From contig NC_042998.1 in the NCBI RefSeq assembly GCF_006345805.1, positions 21,328,001 to 21,392,000 of the forward strand: 64,000 bases of DNA. The letters run 5' to 3'. The translations under genes were made by a program, and so were the position numbers. This document shows, in pieces, positions 24,571 through 37,974 of this stretch. The notes under the pieces were generated by a model that did no database searches, was not told where the DNA came from, and saw only the letters and a list, made by a program, of their open reading frames with translations. The stretch's first letter is position 1; each line of letters opens with the position of its first letter. This stretch comes from Octopus sinensis. Taxonomy: Eukaryota.

Positions 24571-25246
24571 GGCGGCGAGCTGGCAGAATCGTTAGAACGC
24601 CGGGAGCAGTGCTTAGCGGTATTTCGTCTGCCGTTAGGTTCTGAGTTCAAATTCCGCCGAGGTCGACTTTAGCTTTCATCCTTCCGGTGTCGATAAATTA
24701 AGTATCAGTTACGCACTGGGATCGATGTAATCAACTTAATCCATTTGTCTGTCCTTGTTTGTCCCCTCTATGTTTAATCCCTTGTGAGTAATAAAGAAGC
24801 AAGTATTTCGTCTGTCTTTACGTTAAATGCGGCGAGCTGGCAGAACTGATAGCACGCCGGGCGAAATGCGTAGCTGTATTCCGTCTGCCGTTATGTTCTG
24901 AGTTCAAATTCCGCCGAGGTCGACTTCGCCTTTCATCCTTCCGGTGTCGTTAAATTAAGTATCAGTTACGCACTGGGGTCGATGTAATCGACTTAATCCC
25001 TTTGTCTGTCCTTGTTTGTCCCCTCTATTTTTAGTCCCTTGTGGGCAGTAAAGAAATAGATATTTCGTCTGCCGTTACGTTCTGAGTTCAAATTCCGCCG
25101 AGGTTGACTTTGCCTTTCATTCTTCTGGGGTCGATAAATTAAGTACCAGTTGCGTACTGGGGCCGATGTAATCGGCTTAATCCCTTTGTCTGTCATTATT
25201 TGTCCCCTCTATGTTTAGCCCCTTGTGGGCAATAAAGAAATAAGAA
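24571..25246 (+). repeat. SINE-A cluster: monomer + 22-nt read-through, then dimer
   Basis: Heads at ~24571 and ~24828; headless unit from ~25060 with the same junction as the 19.9-kb array. Confidence 0.88.
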
Positions 25247-25739
25247 ATTAATGATTTTATTGTACTTCAATGGTTTTATTTCCACTGTTGTATTGCATTT
25301 TAGAACAATATCTCAAAGTGTTTTCTGCTAATAAAATTTAATATTTTACTAATGAATTTTATAACAAAATAATATTTATTTAATATTTGTAAATACATCA
25401 ATAAATCAACTTGTATAATCTATAACGAGTGGCAGCAGCAGCAGCAACAGCAGCCGTTCAAGAATTTGGACCTGGAGATCTCCATTTCCAGCGACTTCGA
25501 GGGCCACCTCCCAGTGGTGTCGGGCGTCAACGAAGAGCCCTCGACTACAATAAGACGACCAAAGTTTTTTTTTTCCAAGGTCTGGGGTCTCCCGCCCCTA
25601 AGCCCTAAACCATCACCTAATCACCCTTAACCGTCTTGTTGCTTAACAACAACAAGAACAGCAGCAGCAGCAACAGCAATGGCAATGACTACAACAATAA
25701 CTAATACTACTAATACTTCAGATATTGTTGCTACTACTA

Positions 25740-26260
25740 GTATTCCAACTATTTCTACATGCCGAGCATTCAAGTGGAAAGGCACTAACAAGAAATGTAG
25801 GCAAATATAGACATCATCAACCGAGACTAACCAGATGGCGCCGCCCAAGTGCAATTCTTAATGGAGACCCTCGTAGTAAATCATTCTGCTTTCCTTTGTA
25901 GTAGTGAAGAATTTATCCTTATTCCCATTTATCTGGGAAAACAAAGAGCGAGGGTGAATATAACTGGTGAGCCACCAGAAGTGGTTATCTGGTGAGTGGT
26001 GTGCGGAGATCTGGAGGTAAGTGACATTCTCCCGGAGAATCGCAAGAAGAATAGATTTGGAACAGCACTGGAAATTTTATTATATGAAACTAGAACTTCT
26101 CGAAAAGATTTTGACCTAATACACTTTACAAATAAGGCAGATTTTCACGTCAGTGTGGAATGAAGAAGACCAAAATTCATGAATGTGGTGATGCCAACCA
26201 CCAGAGAGCCTTCTGCCTGCAATAGATGGTGAAAATATGGAGACATCGCTGTTTCTAGCA
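25740..26260 (+). mobile_element. Degenerate Tx1/L1-type ORF1 (gag-like) remnant shared with 61700-62170
   Basis: EFILIPIYLGKQRARVNITGEPP and RPK.HECGDANHQRAFC (decayed CCHC knuckle) resemble the ORF at 48853-49580. Confidence 0.55.
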
Positions 26261-26389
26261 TCACAAACACAATTACAATACCAACAAAAAACATGCAACG
26301 TAATATCAGCGAAAGTAATAGCAACAAAAGCCGCAACAAAAAATACTTTTATGAATGTCTGCATTAGGCATCCGTGACCTCTTTAAGGG

Positions 26390-26618
26390 GCTTGATTTGG
26401 CAGAATTGTTAGCACGCCGGGCGAAATACATAGCCGTATTTCGTCTGCCGTTACGTTATGAGTTCAAATTTCGCCGAGGTCGACTTTGCCTTTCATCCTT
26501 TCAGGGTCGATAAATTAAGAACCAGTTATGCACTGGGGTCGATGTAATTGACTTAATCCCTTTGTCTGTCCTTGTTTGTTCCCTCTATGTTTAACCCCTT
26601 GTGGGTAGTAAAGAAATG
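26390..26618 (+). mobile_element. SINE family A
   Basis: Family A core. Confidence 0.85.
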
Positions 26619-29599
26619 GGTCTTTTGCTCAAGGTCATTTCGGTCAAAGATGTGCTGAGATTCACTTGGTATACCTTAAAGTCTTATGGGTGTAGTTTCT
26701 TATACGGAGAGGGGGATATGAAAACAGGATAGGCGTATGCGTGAGGATCGGCTTGCGAGTATGTGGTCTAATGTGCGTGCTTATGTTTTTGGATAGGTTT
26801 TGTGAGTGAACGTGTATGATCGTATGTATGTGTGTGTGTGTTATTAGGACAAAATCTCCGGAGGAAAAATTCTTCTCGGACAAATTTTTCCACAAAAATC
26901 CCCACCCAACTTCGAGTCTAGCATAGCAGCCTTTAATAAACAAAAGCTTTCTCTCTACTATCAAAATTCACACTATAACAACTCTGAATGCACGAGCGGC
27001 TAACATATACACAGCTCCAGCATTGAACCCTTTACGTTAGACCACAGCCATAACCCAACCTATCCTATTAACAGTATCCAGAATTCTACCACAACTTTCA
27101 CCACCGTTACAGAGAGAATAAGGAACAACAACGATAGCAATAATAACGATGATAGTAATTATGATACTAGTAACTTAGACCTTTCTACCCTCATCGCTAA
27201 CCTCTCCTCTAACAGTATTATCTCTTCTATTCCTGGAAATAATCTCCAAGGTACACCCACTTGTAACAGCCGTCCTGGGTCCATCTGCTCTCTACAAACC
27301 CATTGTAGAAATGTAATGTAATTTATAAATGCATATAATTTATAATGAAAGAGCCTTGGCTCTAGGCTAGAAACCAGCTCTTTCTCTATTGGCAAGAAAT
27401 CTTGAAATAAAACTGAACAATGACATACATACATGTACATGAACATGACACCGTCAACATCAGTGGTGCAGACAGCGAGGACCGCTTAAAATCCTTTGAA
27501 CACTGGCTTCTTAAATAATACCAGTTCCTCTCACCTAGGTCTGTAACTGATTAATTTCTCCTGTTATAAACGAAAGAAGCACTTGACCGGATTTTTTAAC
27601 ATATACATTAAACCACGTGGAATTTCGGTAGCGATATCATAGCTTATTCCAAAAACAACACCGAAGAAAACAGAACTACGTCACCAATTAGCTATCCAAG
27701 AAAACATAAGTATTTCTCTCATTTTACGTGAACTTTACATCGAAACCAAGACTTAAGTCAGTGCTGTCAAAACGCTCGTGCTGAAGCGATTAAAAAATAC
27801 TGGAAAGAAATTAACCCCATCTTAAATAACTTTACGACGAAACATTTTCGGCAATAAGCATTTTTCTTTAAAAGCATTGCTGACTACGATGTCCGGAATC
27901 TACCAGCGGCTATCATTAAATTCGTATGCCTCTCAAAATTTACTTGAGTCAACAAAGACGGCTGTGGAATATATCCAGCTTAGGGACATCTTGAAACTAC
28001 AGCTCAGGGAATTTTTCTACTTTTACAAAAATATCGTTCAGCGACAGGTTATTCTAAACAACTTTAAGAAAAAGAATCTAACAGCATTAATGCTGAAAAT
28101 AACCGATGTCGCTGGAGAGTGCGTAGAAGAATGTGATATTAGTTATTTGAATATTTATATCCTTATATACACAGGTACTATTACTGTTCGAGAGCACATG
28201 ATAAATCTGTACTTTACATGGTAATGAAATTTCTGAACGGAAGCAACCTAGATTGAAAACAAAATGTGATGAAAACATCAGCAATCTGCACTGCCATATT
28301 GGAAGGTTAACCACAATGATAAGATGTAAGGGGTATAATGAGTTTACACCACATCAAGTGCATCTTATGCATCAATTCAGAAAACTCGAAGGTGACTTTT
28401 CCCACAAAGCTCTTATGAGAAAGCTAAATGCAATAAATCATGAACTCAGAACACTGAGTTACAAACTCCACTGCTGTAGGAGATTTTCTAATGAGCCAGG
28501 ATATATCACAAGTTTGCTTCCAGTCCGCAGACATTGCATAAAGAGAGGAGGAAGTGAAACATTACTGTGAAGAAAGCTTCCCTTCTAGGAAAACTTGAAA
28601 CATTCTGATCTAAAGACTGAAATCGCAAGAGGAATCTCAACCTTTATGCATCATGGCTAGGTACAGTTAGGAGAGAATTCTGCATCAGCATTGACAGTAA
28701 AGTATTCAGAATTGCCTCGGAATATTTTATGATTGTAGGCAAAATGCATAACGGAAAGGTATCTGGAAGAGACATAATAGTTGGATTCTGGTAAAAGACA
28801 TTGTCATTTTACAGGAAACATTTAATATGCATATTCAAAGTGACTATGGACGGTCATACTGATGGGGCCTACTTGACTTGCTTACAGCCTGGACGTGCCT
28901 AGTGGTCAAAAATGAAACCACCGATTTGGTAGGAAATTATAGGTCCTTTCCTTGCCTAAATATTATGTTTGAATTGTATGCAATGCTGCCTCAACCAATT
29001 TATCCAGGGTCATTTTAAATCCAGCAACCTAGCCACTGTTGAGCAACAGGTGAAAGAAGAGAGTGTTAGGATGTACTGTTAAGCTTACAGCTTTCATAAG
29101 CAAAGCTGTACTGTCTGGAGCATGAAGATATTCTAGAAATCTTACGAATGTGTGTCTTAATTATAGGGAAAACGTTTGACTGTATTTCATACTCATGGCT
29201 AATAAAATGCCCTCATCTAGCAAAATTGAGTTCCATCTTAGTTGTTACTATCGAAGGACTCACAATGACCTGGGCGACGATTCTCACATTTACAAGTGAG
29301 AGCGAATAGATAATCTCCACTGTTGTAAATATATCAAAGGGAATATTCCAATGGGATCATCTTCCTGTAATTCTGTTCATTTTGTAATTAAACCCATTAT
29401 CTCATTCCTGCAACAAAAGACAAATGGTTACATGCTAGCGTCTGCAACTGCTAGAGATATTAATGTAACAAATAATTTCTTTTTGGTTGACCTTAATATT
29501 TATGCTAAAATGTTAACAATGCCAAAAACCAGTTGGAATTAATAACATTTTCGCTTGACATAGGAATGGGAAATATGCCCAAAAGAAGTGTTCCTATTT

Positions 29600-30965
29600 G
29601 ATTGCTGAACCTAAGATGAGATGGAGGTAGTGTTGCTACTTGACAACCACAACTCCCATATCTCGTTAGCTATCATTGATTTCTGCCGAAACAATGGTAT
29701 TGTTCTGCTATCAATCCCCCCACGCTGCTCACATAAACTATAGCCACGCCATCGGAGTGTCTATGGTCCTCTTAAGAAGTACGGGAATAGGGCGTGTGAT
29801 GGATGGATGAAATCGCACCCAGGTAAAACGATGACCATTTACGACATCCCTGCGATCCAGAAAGGATTTCAAGACAGTGGCATCTGGCCCTGTAACAGGG
29901 ATGTCTTTGGTAATGATGAATTCCTTCCAAGTTGCGTCACATACCGTCCTGCTCCAAAAGAAGACCAGTCTGAGGTGCAACCAGACGACCAGGCTGACGT
30001 ACAGCCAGATAACCAGCCTAACTTGCAGCCAGACGACCAGTCAGATGTTCAACCAGGGGACCAGGTCAATGAACTGCAAAACGGTCCGACAGACCAACAT
30101 ACACCAGGCCCAAATTTTCCTGCTGGTGTCGTTACAAGCCCAGAGATGTTGCACCCATTAAGGAAGGCTTCCCCCAGGAAGACAGGTTGAGGTCGTAAGT
30201 CGCAAGAGGTGCCAAGAAGCCATCTAACCCTAACCCCCGTAAAACAGCGCATAGTAGATGAAATAAAAGAACGGAAATCCAAACCAAAAGAAGGCAACTG
30301 ATGCAGAAAAGGCAACAAAGGGGAAGGGAATTTCAACTAAAACAGGTAAAGGCAAAGGGAAGCAGCCACGCAGCAAGCAAGTCGCTGATTGAAAATGCCT
30401 TGTCTGCTCAGATTGGTATTCCAGATCCCTTCCAGGTGAAAAATGGGTGCAATGCATGATCTGTAAAGACTGGGCACTCACTGACTCTACCGATGGACGA
30501 CAGGATTTTCTGTGTGATCTGTGTGGTGAGAAGTTAATGGAGGACGATTCCGATTAGATGGCACATGTAATAAAGGGGAAATTGGCTGATGAGGACTCTC
30601 GGTATCACAGTTAGGATATGAAGTAGTTCAAAGCACAGTTAATTAATTAAAATAATACTTTCTAGAAGCAAGAAGCAGGAAACATATTCATTTTAAACTT
30701 GTTTGTTAACATAATTCCGAGTTATCGATAGTTGTAACAAAGTGTCACACCGTATCACGTACACGGGGAACATTGTTACAGTTGACACCACCTCATTAAT
30801 TAGAACCTGTATAATTAATGTTATGTAATTTCTATTTTTCGCTAGTGATAACAATAAATAGAGATATATTACTAATTAAACCTGAAACGAAACTTCAGCT
30901 GTGTGCATTTATGTGGTGCCAAGGCAAAAAAATGAAAAAATGTAGCAACTAGACCCGGTCTCCCC
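29600..30965 (+). mobile_element. pogo/Tigger-like DNA transposon, 5'-truncated (DDE_1 + C-terminal PHD-like finger), right TIR intact
   Basis: VLLLDNHNSHISL...LLSIPPRCSHKL*P...VYGPLKKY; C..C...WVQCMICKDWAH...CDLC; ends tgtagcaactagacccggtctcccc|TA. Confidence 0.85.
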
Positions 30966-31109
30966 TACATACATACATACATACATACATACAGACAGAC
31001 AGACAGACAGACAGACAGATAGACAGACAGACATATATACATGCATGCATACACACACACACATACATACATACATACATACATACATACATACATACAT
31101 ACATACATT

Positions 31110-31560
31110 ATGGCTGCCCCCTCGTTATCGAGTATGGCCATTGCACGAAGCCTAACTGTTACTGGTGCCGTGATCGAATGTGACATTTTAGCCCAGCTCA
31201 AGATCTACAATGCCTTGTACAAAATTGGCAACTAAAACCTTTACTGGTAATAGCCGGCTGTAGTTGTAACTGGGCTTCATGTACTTTTGCATGTCGTTTA
31301 AGTCCTCCTGCCGAATTACACTCTCTTCCACATGCCCGACAGATATGATTAGTATGGTGTGTTACACCACCATCAGTGGCCAGGTTGTCACTCATCTGTC
31401 TCGTTTTATGACTACGAAGATGACTCATGAGTCCAGCTTTACTGAGACAGGGTCTTGCACAGACATTGCATGTCAGAATCAAAGGAAGACCCTTCCCTTC
31501 TGGAAGTGTAACAGCGATGCCCTTCCTGACGTCCCTCCTTACTTTCTCATGGTTTTGTAA
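31110..31560 (-). mobile_element. RTE-clade LINE 3' end with three C2H2 zinc fingers and (ATGT)n tail
   Basis: VRKGIAVTLPEG...CNVCARPCLSKAGLMSHLRSH...CRACGRECNSAGGLKRHAKVH...CQFCTRHCRS*AGLKCHIRS, then short UTR and microsatellite tail. Confidence 0.75.
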
Positions 31561-32439
31561 GTAAATGCTTAACTGTCTGGATAAGCTTCAACTTTCAGAA
31601 AAAGAAATCAACCGACTGATTCACACATTACAAATACAATCTCTAAGAGAAACACTAAAACCACGTAAGACTTATATCGGGTTTAAAATGTGACATTGTT
31701 TTAGTTATCTACATTCCAAAGGTGGGCTTTGTATCTTTTTCAGAGGTAGAATAATTTGAATGCATAAAAACAGAGAATACATACAAACATACTTGCTTGT
31801 GCCTCCTAAAATACATGAACACCGATTTCCAAAAGTTCTTTTCAAGGGAACATTTAGGGGCTTCACGAACGCATACATTTTGTTTGGTTATTAAATACTT
31901 GCTATCATTATTTGATTCTATGTAATCGCGGTTAACACCATACGAAGCTTACGTAAATATATCGCCGTTGAAGAGATCTTAATAAATAGATTATCCTTTT
32001 TTAGGCGTTCACTACCTCAAACTTCATACGATATAGCTTTTAAATCTTTCAACACTGTACGATGTGGTTTCATGCAAATTTGCCGGGAATTTGTTCATAG
32101 GTTGGGCAACTACGCGGCGTTAGTGTTCGTACTAAAAATAAACTGCATCGAACTTTATGCTCAATTTAGGTCATGTTAGATATAACGCGCTTCTTCCTTC
32201 CTTCCGTACCTGATAGCTCCGTCATAAAACAGAGATTATAGTTCAATAAATTCATATCGGCCGAAAATGAATTTAATTTCCAAAAATATCCTAGCTGAAC
32301 CTTGAAAATACCTAACAAAAATTAAAGATTGTAACAGTTGATTATACAGCTGTTGTTTACGTGTAAGCTTTTCAAGAACTGCTGTACGTCTCACGGAAAG
32401 TATTTCATAAAGAAAACTGTTACACTTCATAAAGCAACC

Positions 32440-32623
32440 TGTTCACTTTAGTGACGTATCCTGTCACACTGGTTACGTGATTACTGCTAACACTGCCCTC
32501 ATTTCACACTAATAAGAATAATACTACTACTGAGAGAAAGGCGAGTAGGATCCCGTCTAATTTCGGATTTTACTAATTCACTGTTTTATCGGGAGTTGCA
32601 CGAAACAGCGGAGGTTCACAAGC
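32440..32623 (+). promoter_or_regulatory. Putative promoter / 5'UTR of gene B
   Basis: Repeat-free, CpG-richer stretch immediately before the ATG exon; GTGACGTA and TTACGTGA bZIP/CRE-like sites. Confidence 0.4.
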
Positions 32624-32633
32624 ATGGAAGACA
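32624..32633 (+). CDS. Gene B exon 1 coding part (ATG GAA GAC A)
   Basis: agcATGG Kozak context, GTAAGT donor at 32634; phase 1 matches the exon 2 acceptor, giving MEDNNKTTEE. Confidence 0.65.
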
Positions 32634-33032
32634 GTAAGTAATATTAATGGATTTTCGTGAGTATATAATAATACATTTTCCTGAGGATATCCTTATGAAT
32701 TTTCGTAAGTTCTCGCTACATATCCGCTTCTATAACTCTTTTGTAAACACATCCGACGATTCGCTCGATAAGGTGTTAACAAAATTCCAATTTACCGTTC
32801 TGTCAGTTCACGGATGTTAATTAAAGACTAGTATATACGCAGGACTAACTGAACCCAACTTAAAAAAATATTCTTGAGTTCTGATCAAAATATATACTTT
32901 TTTTTTAAATGCGTAGATATGCGTACATATGTATGAATTCAAATATTTCTCCTACTATGCATGTGCGTGTGCGCGTGAGGGTGTGTTGATATGCTAGACA
33001 GAGAAAAGGAAAACGTCAGAGGTAAAAAACAA

Positions 33033-33067
<35 letters not shown>

Positions 33068-33077
<10 letters not shown>

Positions 33078-33585
33078 GGCTTAGTAAAATAAATTACTTT
33101 GCCACATACTGAACTCATTAGAAATAGTAGCTAAAAAAACTTTTTTAAAACTATTTCTAATACTTAAAGAAAATCTCTCTCATATAGTGTTTGCTCAATT
33201 CAACTCACGAAAGTATGGGGGTAAAGACATTAAAAAATCAAATGCAAAGGTTATTTGAGAACGTACGTTTCAAGATTAGTCAACTCGACATTTCTATCAT
33301 CAGCTCAGAACTCCTTGGTTTGGATTTGAAAACACTGAAAGTGGGAGCATACCCTTTCGGCTTCTTATCGCTTCAGAAGATCTGCTCGAAACTAACAGTG
33401 CCAGTTTAAAAAAAATTTTTTTAGCTACTATTTCTAATGAGTTCAGTATGTGGCAAAGTAATTTATTTTACTAAGCCCTTTTATATAATGTAATAATTTG
33501 AATTCGCCTTAAATGGTCCCTTTACATACTGAATACTTGGTGAAATTGATTAATAATTAATTAATTTTACCCTCAATTGTTGAAA
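33068..33585. mobile_element. PLE-pLTR-like repeat with ~72-bp perfect inverted arms (33068-33139 / 33416-33487)
   Basis: Arm and downstream segment both match 4636-4832; flanked by (TA)n. Confidence 0.65.
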
Positions 33586-33744
33586 TTATATATATATATA
33601 TATATATATATTAATATATATATATATTATATATATATATATTAATATATATATATACTTTATAATAGACAGTGTCATTGATAATCTTTCAGTAATATGC
33701 ACACACCATTAATACATAATGAAATAACTTTTGAACAAAACAAA

Positions 33745-34521
<777 letters not shown>

Positions 34522-34946
34522 AGGGGGGAAGTCTGTGTGTATGTGTATATACAAATCCATAAACAAAAATGACCGCAAAACAATTAGACATACTTCTGTA
34601 TCTAAATATAAATAACATATAAGATATATAACTAATTGACCTCTCACCATAATGACTTCATACCTTAGAACCAATATAATAGTTTAGGAAGAAAATGTTA
34701 ACACATATGAATATGTAACACACTTACTCGCATTAACAAAAGGATGTGAAGATGTGGGTTCGACTCCCACGCGGATTGGGAATCCTTCTTTTTTCTGTCG
34801 AGGGCTTATATGCCCCTTTATTAGACTATTTTCCTTAGTCATTGCACGGTGATCGCCATAAGCTATAAGCTTGTATAAAAAATACTATTATTATTTTTTA
34901 CAGGTTTGTAAAAACGGCACCGTATAAAAGACCCTTCGCACCGAAA

Positions 34947-34986
<40 letters not shown>

Positions 34987-35018
34987 ATATATATGTATAA
35001 AATTAACAAAATGAGATA

Positions 35019-35097
<79 letters not shown>

Positions 35098-35576
35098 CCA
35101 CACACAACAAAAAGAATTGGGAACCTCAGGTATCTCACAAGTATCCAGCATCATGATCAGCTGTATCATTTGTAAAATAGCTGCTTTTTAGAAAAATTTC
35201 CAATGAGAAATGTAAAGTTGGACAATTTACTTCCGACATTATAAATGTTTTTAAATTATAAAAACAGTTTTGTCCTCATCCTAAAACAGTAAATAAAATA
35301 GTGAAAAAATAAAATGATAGTAGCTGGATTAACTCCAGCTTTGTGATTTCTGAAAGGGAGATTGCTGTTAGTTGTATCATACTCCTAATGAGTTCTTCGT
35401 AACCTGGCAGCAGAAATTCTGTTTTTATTCTATGTTCTTCAGCAATTAAAGAACCGCTGAAGTGAAACCATAAAATTATCTAAATATCCTGCTCTTTCGT
35501 TAATGTAATAGTGATAATATGAATTGATTTTGTTTTATTATAAGCAATTTTCACAAGAATATTAAAGTCACCAATC

Positions 35577-35809
35577 CGTTTCTTTACTACCCACAAGGGG
35601 CTAAACACAGAGAGGACAAACAAGGACAGACAAAGGGATTAAGTCGATTACATCGACCCCAGTGCGTAACTGGTACTTATTTAATCGACCCCGAAAGGAT
35701 GAAAGGCAAAGTCGACCTCGGCGGAATTTGAACTCAGAACGTAGCGGCAGACGAAATACAGCTACGCGTTTCGCCCGGCGTGCTATCGGTTCTGCCAGCT
35801 CGCTGCCCT
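35577..35809 (-). mobile_element. SINE family A, full length, 17-bp TSD
   Basis: TSD tattaaagtcaccaatc at 35560-35576 and 35810-35826; empty site in gene A near 12555. Confidence 0.9.
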
Positions 35810-35913
35810 TATTAAAGTCACCAATCAGCATATAACAATTGTTGATTAATTATATTTATGAGGAATGTACACTTTGAAATATCGCTTTTGGAATCTAATT
35901 TCTTTTTTTACAG

Positions 35914-36269
35914 ATAACAAAACAACTGAGGAACCGGAAAATGATCCACCAGAATACTCTGAAAAACCTGGAAACACACCTGCTTTTGCGAATCCTTTGG
36001 CTTCTGAACATCCCGGAGAATCTGGATATCCACCGCCACCAGCATATGAACCACCACCCGGATATGAACCACAACCCGGATATCCACCACAATTCGGATT
36101 TCCACCACCACACGGATATCCACCACAACCCGGATATCCACCACAATTTGGATATCCACCACAACCTGGATATCAACCACAACTCGGATATGCACCACAA
36201 CCCGGATACCCGTCACAACCACCAATTGTGCTACAAGCACTGAATCAACAACACCAAAACCCTGTTATT
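35914..36269 (+). CDS. Gene B exon 2: Pro-rich GYPPQx repeat region with PPxY motifs
   Basis: ttttacAG acceptor; NKTTEEPENDPPEY...QNPVI; GTAAGC donor at 36270. Confidence 0.87.
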
Positions 36270-36581
36270 GTAAGCAAATGTTATTTCTTTTCATTTTACC
36301 TCCTTACTGTTCTGCAACCATTTATCCTAAACAGAGATCTTATGTTTAGCAAGTTTTAGTCATCAAAATGTGACTGTACTTAGAAATCATCTGTAAGAGT
36401 TTTTAGTCAGTCATATCATTATATGGAGCAGAATAAATATTTTAGTTTGGCACCTATTTTACCAAACATCTTTATAGAATGGTCGACGGTTTGTCCAGAA
36501 CTACAATGGCAACAGTAACGATCGAAGTAACTGACATAGAAAATATGTACACACGATATACGTAGGTGCAGGCATGTATAC

Positions 36582-36622
<41 letters not shown>

Positions 36623-37974
36623 CGTGCGTTGTGTGTGTGTGTGTGAATGCAAGACGGGATTCTTCAAATTCTCCATCAGTCTACCTTCCTGTTGTCCAAG
36701 GTATCATGCAGCAGGAACAAACCTGGAGACCTATGGTTCTGCAGAGAATTTCTTTGCTATAAATTGATGTGTGCACCTGTAAGAGTAATAGACTTAAATT
36801 TAGTGAATTTACTTCTCCAATGAATTTAATATAATTAAGGCTTAAGCACGTAATGAAGGTTGGTGAACTCAGGAAGAATGTTTGACAGATGTGGCCAAAA
36901 CAGTAGACAGGAAAACCAGGTTTTTATACGCATCTTCACTTCCTAAAATCTGAGTTCTGTTGCTACTTCATCAGTTGGAAGTTTCAAATTTTGATGTAAA
37001 CGAAATTTGCTACAGGATGAAATGTTCCCCACTTCTTTTATAGAGGCTCCATGAGCTGAAGTAAATATCTTACATCATGTTATGCTCCTAATTTGAATAA
37101 TTATCGATTAACTTTGTCATCATTCAAAGGCTGAAAGTTTCTGTCACATAATCGATTTGATTCAATTTTATACGTCTTTGCACAGTTGGACCAATGAAAG
37201 AAATCTTTATTTATACTTAAATGGAGAGCAAGGTTATTCAGTACATTAGCTACATAAATTATATCATAGCAGATTGTGGGGTTCAGAAAAATTTCAAATT
37301 TAAAAAGTTTCTCATTTTAATTTTAATGTATACATTTCTTCATCTCCAAAACATCATTTCATTATATTAAACATTTGAATTCAATTAGTTAAACATGTTT
37401 GAATGTTACATTGACGATTGTTTTGTCATACTAGAGATTACAATAATGCCTTCAATTTTATTCTCCACAGACATTTTAAGAGGGTAACACTCAGACACAT
37501 ACAATGACTGATGAAACGATATTAAAGCTTCATTGGGAACTTGAGACCATGTCTGTTTCAGGGTAACTCTAGTGAAGGATGTTTTAATACAAATACACAG
37601 GATCAGCCGGGATCCCCTTATGGATATCCAAACAGTTTCTATCTATCAAATTTTAAACACATGCATTTGTTGATTCAAAGGTATGATTAATAGCATCTGA
37701 TCAAAATACTGTGCAGTACGAGAAGCAAACTACTGAGTCATATAGCTATGTCTATGCTTTATTATCATACATTGAGCAAGCTATCAGTTAATACTACACA
37801 GATGATACAGCAACGTTCGTGTCCCCGTCGGATAACTATAGCTCGTTTTCACCGAAAGGCAGAGAACTAATATTCTGTTTTTCACAACTGAACTCTTGTT
37901 TAATTTCAAGCTCTTGCTTTTGTTTAACTTCAAGCCAATTCTTACTGACCAATTTTGCTTTCTTTATATTATTA

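Noticed and set aside
31198-31482. Host C2H2 zinc-finger gene
   Set aside because: Preceded by RTE C-terminal sequence, third finger has a stop, followed by a LINE-type microsatellite tail
33370-33405. Hammerhead-like CAGAAGA...GAAAC
   Set aside because: No stem II or stem I pairing; truncated by the inversion junction
34754-34770. tRNA gene (perfect T-arm gtggg-ttcgact-cccac)
   Set aside because: No acceptor, D or anticodon arms can be folded; likely a SINE or tRNA-derived remnant
37471-37562. Extra exon in gene B intron 2 (ttctccacAG...GGTAAC)
   Set aside because: Stops in all three frames; no counterpart in gene A
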